This document shows positions 24,309-31,918 of a DNA stretch of 37,543 nucleotides, piece by piece. Under the pieces are notes generated by a model that saw nothing but the letters and a program-made list of their open reading frames with translations, was not told the origin of the DNA and searched no databases. Both the position numbers and the translations under genes were made by a program. This DNA is from a virus. Lineage: Duplodnaviria; Heunggongvirae; Uroviricota; Caudoviricetes. Numbering within the stretch: position 1 is the stretch's first letter; every line of letters begins with the position of its first letter. Location of the stretch: the IMG/VR virus record IMGVR_UViG_3300048904_000041, positions 1 through 37,543 of that record; one strand, written 5' to 3'.

Positions 24309-24490
24309 CATTTGCACAGTGGTTAAACAAATTGTCATACGATGACATAAAAGCACTTGAATACTTCCCATCAATCCGGTACTATGAGCCTACACATGAC
24401 GTATTCGAACAACTGACTGATGGTCAAATTGAATACATGAACCTACTACTCAAACACGCAGGGGAATATAATCATGACAGCAACAATTGA
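24305..24490 (+). CDS. Hypothetical protein, 61 aa
   Basis: ATGA overlap. Confidence 0.6.
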   Translation: MTFAQWLNKLSYDDIKALEYFPSIRYYEPTHDVFEQLTDGQIEYMNLLLKHAGEYNHDSNN

Positions 24491-24851
24491 CGCAATTCGC
24501 AAGTGGGAACTGAACGCAGGGGAATCCTTCACAGACTATTTCCTTGACCAATACTCTTACATTCGTAATAATGGAGAGAACCGTTGGATCGACTTTCTGG
24601 TTTCAAAGGGTTATAAAGAACTAGCATTCGAAATCGAAGAAGACTCGTACATGCTAAACAATGGTAAAATTCTTGAGTGCTCAGACCAAGAACTTAAGTT
24701 TGAACCTTACACCCAAAAAGCTTACGATGACGGTATCGGTTGGAATGAAGAAACATATCGCAAAGACGTAGCACTGTGGGCTGAGTTCATCAACGAACAC
24801 TCCGATATCCTAGCCGCATACGAATGCTTTATCGGAGAAGATGATGAGTGA
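24474..24851 (+). CDS. Hypothetical acidic protein, 125 aa
   Basis: AGGGG RBS. Confidence 0.7.
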   Translation: MTATIDAIRKWELNAGESFTDYFLDQYSYIRNNGENRWIDFLVSKGYKELAFEIEEDSYMLNNGKILECSDQELKFEPYTQKAYDDGIGWNEETYRKDVALWAEFINEHSDILAAYECFIGEDDE

Positions 24852-24969
24852 CTGGAAAGAAATCGAAGACGTAAACGAAGATTGTAGCTACTCAAATGGG
24901 TGGTGTGGGATGTGCTGGAGATGCTGCGAACATGTAGAAGACCTTCACAGACAAGAAGATAATGACTAA
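24844..24969 (+). CDS. Hypothetical Cys-containing microprotein, 41 aa
   Basis: Manual translation MSDWKEIEDVNEDCSYSNGWCGMCWRCCEHVEDLHRQEDND; GGAG RBS. Confidence 0.5.
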   Translation: MSDWKEIEDVNEDCSYSNGWCGMCWRCCEHVEDLHRQEDND

Positions 24970-25202
24970 GTGCCCAACACACGGACTACCATTGAACGGA
25001 CGCTGGTGCATTGAATGTGACCGGCGTGCCGCTCTTTACCCATTTAGCCCACACCTAGCTCATCACCCAATGGCGATAGCAAAAAGAAAAAGGATGATAG
25101 ACGAATGCAAACAATCATCAACATCTTCATAGTGTTCGGTTCATACATCGCACCATTCGTACTACTCGGATTAACCATAACCCTAGCATCGAGGTAATTT
25201 AA

Positions 25203-25394
25203 ATGATCTTAATAAAAGTGGCCACACCAAACCGTGACTTCCAATACGAAAGCAATTACATCCCACGCAAAGGGGAAGACATCAGCGACGGTTTTTATTT
25301 GTACACAGTCCAAGAAGTGTGTCACATGCTTGACGAATACAAAGACAGCAGTAAAAGCAAATACTTGAGCTACATCCTAGTGAGGGCTGTATAA
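25203..25394 (+). CDS. Hypothetical protein, 63 aa
   Basis: GAGG RBS. Confidence 0.6.
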   Translation: MILIKVATPNRDFQYESNYIPRKGEDISDGFYLYTVQEVCHMLDEYKDSSKSKYLSYILVRAV

Positions 25395-25555
25395 TGCACG
25401 TATTCATCGTATTCACTCAAATTCTCGGTGAGGAAATCGACCTATACGAAGCCACATTTCTACACGAATCTGATGCCAAGCAACATGTCAAAGAACTCAA
25501 CTCGGAAATCGAAGCCGACATGTCATACTACATCACAGTAAAGGTGAACCAATGA
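25394..25555 (+). CDS. Hypothetical protein, 53 aa
   Basis: TAATG coupling, GAGG RBS. Confidence 0.55.
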   Translation: MHVFIVFTQILGEEIDLYEATFLHESDAKQHVKELNSEIEADMSYYITVKVNQ

Positions 25556-25761
25556 CCGACATCCAACGATACAGCATCCATTCATCTGGATACGGGAACG
25601 CATACGAAGTAGCATCCGATAACGGTGATTTCTGCTTGTTCGAAGACGTACAAGAATACATCGTTAAGCTCAAACTGCAATTCGAAGAACGACTAGCCCA
25701 CGAAACCTGCGAAGCATTCGACGACGGCTACCTGTCAGCATTCCATCCAAATCAGGAGTAA
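25552..25761 (+). CDS. Hypothetical protein, 69 aa
   Basis: ATGA overlap, AAGGTG RBS. Confidence 0.6.
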   Translation: MTDIQRYSIHSSGYGNAYEVASDNGDFCLFEDVQEYIVKLKLQFEERLAHETCEAFDDGYLSAFHPNQE

Positions 25762-25764
25762 ACC

Positions 25765-25971
25765 ATGCTACCAACACTACCACTCGATGTAGCCGGTAAA
25801 CAAATCCGTGAAGGCGATACAGTCGTATACGGCAATGACAACGGATCATACCTCAACGTCAGCAAAGTGTGGAAAATAACACCACACTTCGTATGGATGA
25901 AAAAGAAAACAACAGACAAACACTCAGCACGACGTGAGTTCAGACGCGTAGCTATAATCGAGGGGAAATAA
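25765..25971 (+). CDS. Hypothetical protein with SH3/KOW-like pattern, 68 aa
   Basis: DVAGKQIREGDTVVY; AGGAG RBS. Confidence 0.6.
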   Translation: MLPTLPLDVAGKQIREGDTVVYGNDNGSYLNVSKVWKITPHFVWMKKKTTDKHSARREFRRVAIIEGK

Positions 25972-26180
25972 TGCTCATAATCAAAGATATCAAGAATAGT
26001 CAAGTGTTCTACGGCAAAGGTAAGGACGGATCACCATACCGTTTCAAAGCATGGGGCGACGCCAAACAAGACGAATTCGGTATGTGGGAAATCGAATGCA
26101 CCGACGAAGGCGACTACTGCTACACATTCGACACCCTTGACCAACACTTCCTATACCCAACTGAGGATCTAACTGAATGA
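25971..26180 (+). CDS. Hypothetical protein, 69 aa
   Basis: TAATG coupling, GAGGGG RBS. Confidence 0.6.
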   Translation: MLIIKDIKNSQVFYGKGKDGSPYRFKAWGDAKQDEFGMWEIECTDEGDYCYTFDTLDQHFLYPTEDLTE

Positions 26181-26482
26181 CACACCTGAAAGCATTCTTC
26201 ACACGTCAAGACATGCTAGACGATTGGAACAAATGCTGCGGTTCAGCAGACAAAGCCAATCTAAAACAACTGACAATGACAAAAGATGGTGTACAAACAG
26301 TCTACCTACACTACAACGAATATGACCCAAACGACCTAAGCCCAACATATGGTCGTGAGTTTTCACACATCTATGCCGACGTAAGGCTGCCAAGAGAACA
26401 CATTTGGTTCATCTTCACCAGACTGCGTAGTATAGAACAAACAAGACTCGTAATGGAACTTTTCCACAAGGTAATACACTAA
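26177..26482 (+). CDS. Hypothetical protein, 101 aa
   Basis: ATGA overlap, GAGGA RBS. Confidence 0.65.
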   Translation: MTHLKAFFTRQDMLDDWNKCCGSADKANLKQLTMTKDGVQTVYLHYNEYDPNDLSPTYGREFSHIYADVRLPREHIWFIFTRLRSIEQTRLVMELFHKVIH

Positions 26483-26712
26483 TGACAACATTCTGCACAC
26501 GACACAACAAACCAATACACGATATCACACCAAAGTGGTGCAGAGACTGCCACACAGCAGCATACCACTTCCCATTCGATACTCACTATAAAGACCATCC
26601 AGTGGCAATCGAACAACGTGAGAAACACCATCGTGAAGTAAAGATCGCCCAAGCAAGACTCAACATAACACCAATACCACCAAAACGTAGATACTCAAAC
26701 AAGCCCGCCTAA
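26482..26712 (+). CDS. Hypothetical protein, 76 aa
   Basis: TAATG coupling; CTRH...CRDC. Confidence 0.6.
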   Translation: MTTFCTRHNKPIHDITPKWCRDCHTAAYHFPFDTHYKDHPVAIEQREKHHREVKIAQARLNITPIPPKRRYSNKPA

Positions 26713-26728
26713 CAGCGGGTTTCTTTTT
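26701..26728 (+). terminator. Rho-independent terminator ending the plus-strand block
   Basis: AAGCCCGC-CTAACA-GCGGGTTT followed by CTTTTT. Confidence 0.8.
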
Positions 26729-26729
26729 G

Positions 26730-27840
26730 CCCAAAATTCACAACCCCCAATTTTTAAAAACCCGAATTCCCACCAATAACATATTCTCCCATAACCAAAA
26801 TCCCCTGTCAACACCAGCGGGTGAGTCATAGGGCTGAAATCAACGGATATCGATACATAGGGCTTAACGGCCCCTGCCAAATGAGAATGCCTCCCATTCA
26901 AGGAATCCCAAAATCCGACCGAGGGCCATTTGTCAAGGAATTTCGACCCTTAGGTAAATCCCGTGCCCAAGCACCACCATGCGAAACGATTCTCATTCAA
27001 TCGCATTTACCATAATACTCATTACACGTAACGACGCATCCCCTGCCCCGTGCTCACCACCATTGACTCACACTATCGATTGATTGACATGGATAGACTA
27101 GACCTACATTACGTGCACGTTGCATGCACTGCCCACCATCCCTATAGAATACACCCAATTCCACACTATTTCAAATAGAATCTCTCAATAACCAACTGAC
27201 ATCCAATTATCTACAACTATATCGCCCAACATCGATACAATCACCTGATATTCTCACTCAATTTGAGAGGAAAGGAAAAGGAGGCTTAACATTATCCCAA
27301 TGAGAATGTAATCACGAATCCTATCCCACTATGTGAGAATGACACCAGAATAGGTTAATCGAGAGAGGTAGTAAGATTGAGAGAGTATGTAAGCCACGGC
27401 CTATAAGGCTTTGAGAGAAGAGGTATATTGTGTGCTATGCACACGGTAGGGTATGATGTACAGCGTTGCTGTGATGGGCCTTGTAGGGGCTTAGAGAGGG
27501 AATGGCTACGCCATTGAGAGAAAGGAATACATTATCATCCTGATAATGAGTCTGATAATGCACGTGTTCCACGTGGAACGTGAGTATGGTGTTTTGAAAG
27601 GCTTTTGCCTTTGCTTTTCCTTGCTTTTGATTTACCAGTGTGGGCAAGAAATGTACGGAGTACATTGGGAAATGTAATTCAAGACGGGACGTCTTAGGGA
27701 ATATTTCTATCTGTGTATACAGATAATACTATACTTCTTAAGTAATATCTTTTAGAATAAGGGAGAGGTTTATCCTCTCCTTCCTCCTAAGCTTTTACAG
27801 TACATATCGTTTACTCCGCAAACAAGAGGAGCAACGGCAA
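26730..27840. other. ~1.1-kb non-coding region between convergent blocks; probable genome-end/terminal-repeat region
   Basis: No ORF with a convincing RBS; compositional skew inversion near 27262; convergent transcription. Confidence 0.55.
27565..27580. promoter_or_regulatory. parS: parS-like palindrome 1 (TGTTCCACGTGGAACG)
   Basis: Matches the chromosomal parS consensus TGTTNCACGTGAAACA in the Pseudomonas-type variant. Confidence 0.75.
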
Positions 27841-27844
27841 ATGC

Positions 27845-27874
27845 ATTTTACCGCAATTGGTTGACGTTTGTCAA
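27845..27874 (-). promoter_or_regulatory. sigma70-type promoter pointing into the non-coding region
   Basis: TTGACA-18 nt-TAAAAT. Confidence 0.5.
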
Positions 27875-27923
27875 TAGCTGTGGTATGCCGATTGTGCATA
27901 GGGTATGCATTTGACGCATACAG

Positions 27924-27942
27924 CAAAGCCCCTTTCGGGGCT
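27924..27942 (-). terminator. Hairpin/weak terminator
   Basis: AGCCCC-GAAA-GGGGCT followed by only TT. Confidence 0.5.
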
Positions 27943-27951
27943 GAGCTAGGT

Positions 27952-28134
27952 TTATGCCAATGCGCGTTTAACCTTCTCGAAAATACCGATCCAGCAATTA
28001 GAGCGTTTAACCCATTTACCCTCTTTAAGGATTTCGCAACGCCATGCACCATCCTTACCTTGAATAGCCCGACTGTTGCCGTATTGGTGAGCTGTTTCGG
28101 TGCCTTTGTTGATGCTGTAGATTGATGCTTTCAT
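27952..28134 (-). CDS. Hypothetical protein, 60 aa
   Basis: MKASIYSI...; just downstream of a promoter. Confidence 0.6.
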   Translation of the reverse strand: MKASIYSINKGTETAHQYGNSRAIQGKDGAWRCEILKEGKWVKRSNCWIGIFEKVKRALA

Positions 28135-28168
28135 TTGTCTTAATCCGTTGTTGGTTTCGATAGGTGTT

Positions 28169-28196
28169 ATTCTACAGCGTTTAGAGAACAGATCAA
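28169..28196 (-). promoter_or_regulatory. Early sigma70 promoter
   Basis: TTGATC-16 nt-TAGAAT. Confidence 0.65.
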
Positions 28197-28205
28197 GCAT
28201 TATTT

Positions 28206-28430
28206 TCAGGTTGTAGCACTAATACATTTCGCAGACGAAAGGTGTTCATCATTGATTTCATAGTAACCCAACTGCTTTTCGAGCTGTCTGTAGTAATCCC
28301 ATGCTTCTGCTCTGTCGTCTGACTGGAATATCAACTCCCACACGTGGCAACGAAAATTGCCGTCCCATTGGCTTATGTGTTTGTAGACAGTGTAACGCTT
28401 TGTCACTTGTCCTATGTTCTTACGTTTCAT
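28206..28430 (-). CDS. Hypothetical protein, 74 aa
   Basis: ATGA overlap. Confidence 0.6.
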   Translation of the reverse strand: MKRKNIGQVTKRYTVYKHISQWDGNFRCHVWELIFQSDDRAEAWDYYRQLEKQLGYYEINDEHLSSAKCISATT

Positions 28431-28687
28431 CCGTTCACCAGCGCTGTTAGTGCTTTCAGTTCGAATTCAGGAAGCTTGAACAAGCCTTGTGTACTTGTCA
28501 TGTATACACCGGTCGTATCTAGGTGTAACTGCCATTGATCACCACTAATGCGGAACTTGCCGATTTCAACACCTTTGCTTATAAGGTATCCATTACTGTC
28601 TACCCAATATATCGGTTCAACTTCACCTACAACAGTATAGGTAAAAGAATCATCAAAGGTATTAAGCTCTTGATTAAGTCTTTTCAT
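28427..28687 (-). CDS. Hypothetical protein, 86 aa
   Basis: ATGA overlap, GAGG RBS. Confidence 0.65.
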   Translation of the reverse strand: MKRLNQELNTFDDSFTYTVVGEVEPIYWVDSNGYLISKGVEIGKFRISGDQWQLHLDTTGVYMTSTQGLFKLPEFELKALTALVNG

Positions 28688-28908
28688 TGGTGCGACCTCA
28701 GTGGAGTAAAGCCCATTTCACAAAGCATGATGTAAAGCTCTTGCATGAGCTGGCTTTGCTCATTTATGTCAAAAGCTTTCCAGAACTCAATGCCAACGCA
28801 ATCTTTAAATTCAGGTGCGAACTGATGGTCAGAAAACGCCATAAATCGAATTGCCGCTTCTTCCATAATTTGACCGAGTTTTGCAGCTTGTTGTGTGTTG
28901 AGGCTCAT
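28684..28908 (-). CDS. Hypothetical protein, 74 aa
   Basis: GGAG RBS downstream of promoter cassette. Confidence 0.7.
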   Translation of the reverse strand: MSLNTQQAAKLGQIMEEAAIRFMAFSDHQFAPEFKDCVGIEFWKAFDINEQSQLMQELYIMLCEMGFTPLRSHQ

Positions 28909-28956
28909 TGGTCTCTATCTCCGTTGAGAAAGGCCTATTCCTCTCTCTTGATGTTA

Positions 28957-28984
28957 ATTCTACAGCAGTAGTCAAACACGTCAA
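28957..28984 (-). promoter_or_regulatory. Early sigma70 promoter (cassette type)
   Basis: TTGACG-16 nt-TAGAAT followed by CATCAAGAGAGAGG. Confidence 0.8.
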
Positions 28985-28987
28985 GCT

Positions 28988-29164
28988 TTATACATGATGT
29001 ACTTCAATCTTTGTAATGTAGACGTTCCCACGACCTGCATATCCAGAGGTTTCCTTTTGAATCCATTCCCGTGCTTCTGGTACACTCATTTCACGATCAA
29101 CGTAAAATGTCCAAGTGCGTTCCCGATGAACATCACAGTCACATTTCATAACCCATACGTTCAT
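28988..29164 (-). CDS. Hypothetical protein, 58 aa
   Basis: Manual translation MNVWVMKCDC...; GAGGTG RBS. Confidence 0.6.
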   Translation of the reverse strand: MNVWVMKCDCDVHRERTWTFYVDREMSVPEAREWIQKETSGYAGRGNVYITKIEVHHV

Positions 29165-29172
29165 ATTACACC

Positions 29173-29370
29173 TCAGCTAAACAGATAAATCACCAATATG
29201 AAAACTATAGTCACAGCAAGGAAGATAGCTAATGACAATATCAGACCACCGAAGAACGCGAACAACGATAGCTCAACCTTGCCGAAAACAGTACCGTCTG
29301 AGTTTTTCCAGATACGGTGAAACATCAGCACCCACGTAATCAAGAAGCAAACCACCAATAGCTTATTCAT
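29173..29370 (-). CDS. Membrane protein, 65 aa
   Basis: Two hydrophobic segments; GGAGG RBS. Confidence 0.65.
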   Translation of the reverse strand: MNKLLVVCFLITWVLMFHRIWKNSDGTVFGKVELSLFAFFGGLILSLAIFLAVTIVFILVIYLFS

Positions 29371-29519
29371 TATTCATCCTCCTTACAAGCATCACATGCA
29401 TTGCAGTCGAAACAGCAAGGGCAACCACAGTCATTGCCACCACATGAGCAGCAATTGTACATATCGCTACACGTAAGACCGTTGAACTTGAACCATTCAC
29501 ATTGATTCAAGATTGTCAT
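29370..29519 (-). CDS. Cys-rich microprotein, 49 aa (12 Cys)
   Basis: Manual translation MTILNQCEWFKFNGLTCSDMYNCCSCGGNDCGCPCCFDCNACDACKEDE; coupled at both ends. Confidence 0.6.
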   Translation of the reverse strand: MTILNQCEWFKFNGLTCSDMYNCCSCGGNDCGCPCCFDCNACDACKEDE

Positions 29520-29776
29520 GCAATCACCTTTGCCCAAACCGCCATTTTGTTACCTTGGATAGTGTAACCTTTACGCCACGACTTAGGGAATGCACCATTA
29601 CCTTCAACTTCACCAACAACCTGAGTATCGAAAGCAATGGTGTCACCTTGACGGTCAGGGCAGAAATCGGATTCCATAGGGTACACACGACGTTCTGTGA
29701 GCAAGAAGCATACACCGCAGTTCAGTACAACATCACCTACTTGAAGTTCATGAGTGTTTGCGCGTTCGTAGTTCAT
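29516..29776 (-). CDS. Hypothetical protein, 86 aa
   Basis: GGAG RBS downstream of promoter cassette. Confidence 0.7.
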   Translation of the reverse strand: MNYERANTHELQVGDVVLNCGVCFLLTERRVYPMESDFCPDRQGDTIAFDTQVVGEVEGNGAFPKSWRKGYTIQGNKMAVWAKVIA

Positions 29777-29823
29777 GTTACTTACTCCGTAATGAATGGG
29801 GCGTTTCCCCTTTCTTGATGTCT

Positions 29824-29851
29824 ATTCTACAGGGTTTAGAAAACATGTCTA
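29824..29851 (-). promoter_or_regulatory. Early sigma70 promoter (cassette type)
   Basis: TAGACA-16 nt-TAGAAT followed by CATCAAGAAAGGGG. Confidence 0.7.
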
Positions 29852-29950
29852 CATCTATTTTTGCATAACAAACAGGTTTCTTATAACCACTCAGGAATAG
29901 CGGGCACCCTCCCTGTTTGTTTCGTGCCTGACTCCACACCGTGAAACACC

Positions 29951-29979
29951 ATAGTACAGACAAAGAAAAGCCCCGTCAA
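29951..29979 (-). promoter_or_regulatory. sigma70 promoter overlapping the terminator arm
   Basis: TTGACG-17 nt-TACTAT. Confidence 0.6.
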
Positions 29980-30000
29980 CCATTAAGATTGCGGGGCTTT
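29962..30000 (-). terminator. Rho-independent terminator
   Basis: AAAGCCCCG/CGGGGCTTT stem followed by TCTTT. Confidence 0.75.
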
Positions 30001-30001
30001 G

Positions 30002-30017
30002 TGTTCCACGTGAAACC
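30002..30017. promoter_or_regulatory. parS: parS-like palindrome 2 (TGTTCCACGTGAAACC)
   Basis: 15/16 match to TGTTNCACGTGAAACA; lies between a stop codon and a terminator. Confidence 0.75.
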
Positions 30018-30346
30018 TAGTTACCTACATTTTGCTCGTTGATGATCGCAGCATCGAATGCTTTGATAACAGAGTCATGGTCATTTTTATCGTTGAATAC
30101 TGCAAAACTATTGTGGTGGTAGTTAATACCCTCAGCTTCAAACCACGTACGGACAACACGCTTAAGAGCTTTGTCTGCTTCGCTGTAAGGTGTATTCTCT
30201 TCAAGTTCACCGGATGCTTTGGCAATTGCACCCAATGCACAGAAACAGGTATTATCACCGAATTCTGAGGAAAAATCACCCTGCATCCAGTTGGAAGGGT
30301 CAGCAATGATTTCACGTGCAGCTTTCAAAATCTCAGAAGTTTTCAT
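30017..30346 (-). CDS. DUF6197-like protein, paralog B
   Basis: NWMQG..CFCALGAI..FND..H..VI.AFD; family name recalled, not searched. Confidence 0.65.
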   Translation of the reverse strand: MKTSEILKAAREIIADPSNWMQGDFSSEFGDNTCFCALGAIAKASGELEENTPYSEADKALKRVVRTWFEAEGINYHHNSFAVFNDKNDHDSVIKAFDAAIINEQNVGN

Positions 30347-30672
30347 TACAGTTCATCCTTTTCAGCGAGTTGAATAGCGACGTCAAAGGCATGCAATACT
30401 TCCGTATGCGTGTGACTGTCGTTGTAAGGTGCAAAACTTGTTAGCGGATCGTGATATTCATCAAGTTGCAAGGCTGCCATTCTCAAATAGTAACCGGCAC
30501 CTTCATTACCACAAACCGTAATGTCAAATTCATCTTCAGCGCTTAAAGTTTTAACAACAGCTCCTAATCCGCAAAAGCAAGTTCGATTCTTTGCTGACCA
30601 TTCACCTTGAATCCAGTTCTCAGGGTTGATGATCAATTGCTTTGCTTGTTTCAACACTTCAGAAGTTTTCAT
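30346..30672 (-). CDS. DUF6197-like protein, paralog A
   Basis: NWIQG..CFCGLGAV..YND..H..VL.AFD. Confidence 0.65.
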   Translation of the reverse strand: MKTSEVLKQAKQLIINPENWIQGEWSAKNRTCFCGLGAVVKTLSAEDEFDITVCGNEGAGYYLRMAALQLDEYHDPLTSFAPYNDSHTHTEVLHAFDVAIQLAEKDEL

Positions 30673-30852
30673 TTATTTAATCTCACTCATTTCAACGGTT
30701 ACTTTGAATTGTTTATACACACCATCATCCATTAAGGAGATGATATATTCCTCTTTACCACCAATTGCAATATCGAAAATCACATTGATGTCGGAAAGCT
30801 CTACATGGTTGAACTGCTTCGCAATCATTGCCTTAACTGCTGCGTTTTTCAT
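30673..30852 (-). CDS. Hypothetical protein, 59 aa
   Basis: Manual translation MKNAAVKAM...; AGGTG RBS. Confidence 0.55.
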   Translation of the reverse strand: MKNAAVKAMIAKQFNHVELSDINVIFDIAIGGKEEYIISLMDDGVYKQFKVTVEMSEIK

Positions 30853-30860
30853 CCAATCAC

Positions 30861-31121
30861 CTATTGATTGATTTTACGTTGTTTGTGACCTACAAGCTTA
30901 CCATCCTTGAACACGTCACGCAACTCATACATTTCAGAACATTCGCCTTTGTAGACGTCTTGATCTAGGATCAACTCTCTAAAATTGATTGACGCACCAT
31001 TTTGAAAGCGTATCGAAGGGGTGCTGCAATAGAACATTGTCAGCTTACCGTTGGCCCTACCACGTTCTTTCATGAGTTTCACAACTGTACTACTTGCTTT
31101 GTTAAAGTCAAACTCTTTCAT
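30861..31121 (-). CDS. Hypothetical protein, 86 aa
   Basis: ATGA overlap, AAGG RBS. Confidence 0.6.
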   Translation of the reverse strand: MKEFDFNKASSTVVKLMKERGRANGKLTMFYCSTPSIRFQNGASINFRELILDQDVYKGECSEMYELRDVFKDGKLVGHKQRKINQ

Positions 31122-31399
31122 TTGAAAACCTTTACCCATTCTGAGCCGTTCCATTGCATAACAACATCAGAGCCACCGTTTGCCGAATATTTGCAATCAC
31201 TTGCTTTGTTCTCGACACACGTTTGATAAATTTTGGCGTATTGGTTTTGGTCGAACATTTTCATTGTTTCACCTAACGGGATTTTCTTTTCCGGTTTAGG
31301 TGGTGCGAACGATGCACACACCATCCACGTGCAAATAATTACAGTAATACCGATTACGAACTGAACAAACGGGTCACGCAAGATTGAATCACGTTTCAT
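31118..31399 (-). CDS. Membrane-anchored hypothetical protein, 93 aa
   Basis: N-terminal TM segment. Confidence 0.65.
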   Translation of the reverse strand: MKRDSILRDPFVQFVIGITVIICTWMVCASFAPPKPEKKIPLGETMKMFDQNQYAKIYQTCVENKASDCKYSANGGSDVVMQWNGSEWVKVFK

Positions 31400-31666
31400 T
31401 TGATAGCACCGGTCAGTTTACCAACGATTACAGAAGCGACAACCCCAGCGATTACGATTTCAACCGCGTATGTAGCCATTACGACATAACCATAAAATGT
31501 CATTACTTACCTTCCTTGATTCTACGTTGTTTCCAACTGGTGTCAACGGATTTGGTGTTCTTTTCGCAAACGATCAGTTCACGGGTGAAGAGGTCACGGA
31601 ATACACGCTGAGTCATTTTCTTAGTCTCTAGTATTGAGTGAGGGCTTTCCCTCTCTCTTGATGCCT

Positions 31667-31694
31667 ATTCTACTCTAATTAGAGAAGTGGTCAA
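31667..31694 (-). promoter_or_regulatory. Early sigma70 promoter (cassette type)
   Basis: TTGACC-16 nt-TAGAAT followed by CATCAAGAGAGAGGG. Confidence 0.8.
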
Positions 31695-31843
31695 GCATTA
31701 ATTTCAATTTCTTTTACTGCGTAACGATAAGCACCATAATCATTGTCCAGCTTGTCAACTCTTGAACGAGCACGGTTTTTGTTAGAGTAAGGCTTACCGA
31801 CTTGTTCACCAGTCTTGCGGTCTACAACGATATACTTAATCAT
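31691..31843 (-). CDS. Hypothetical basic protein, 50 aa
   Basis: MIKYIVVDRKTGEQVGKPY..RAR..VDKLDNDYGAYRY; AGGA RBS. Confidence 0.65.
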   Translation of the reverse strand: MIKYIVVDRKTGEQVGKPYSNKNRARSRVDKLDNDYGAYRYAVKEIEINA

Positions 31844-31890
31844 TACGAAATTCCTAGTTAATGAATGGGTGTTTCCCTTTCTTGACGCCC

Positions 31891-31918
31891 ATTCTACACC
31901 CTTTGAGTATGGTGTCAA
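31891..31918 (-). promoter_or_regulatory. Early sigma70 promoter (cassette type)
   Basis: TTGACA-16 nt-TAGAAT followed by CGTCAAGAAAGGG. Confidence 0.85.

Noticed and set aside
27528-27561. Canonical Fur box
   Set aside because: The half-sites face outward (ATTATCA-TCC-TGATAAT) rather than forming TGATAAT-N-ATTATCA; reported only as heptamer enrichment
26821-27665. ORFs 26821-27015, 26695-26901 and 27435-27665 in the gap
   Set aside because: No RBS, atypical composition, no motifs; region treated as non-coding
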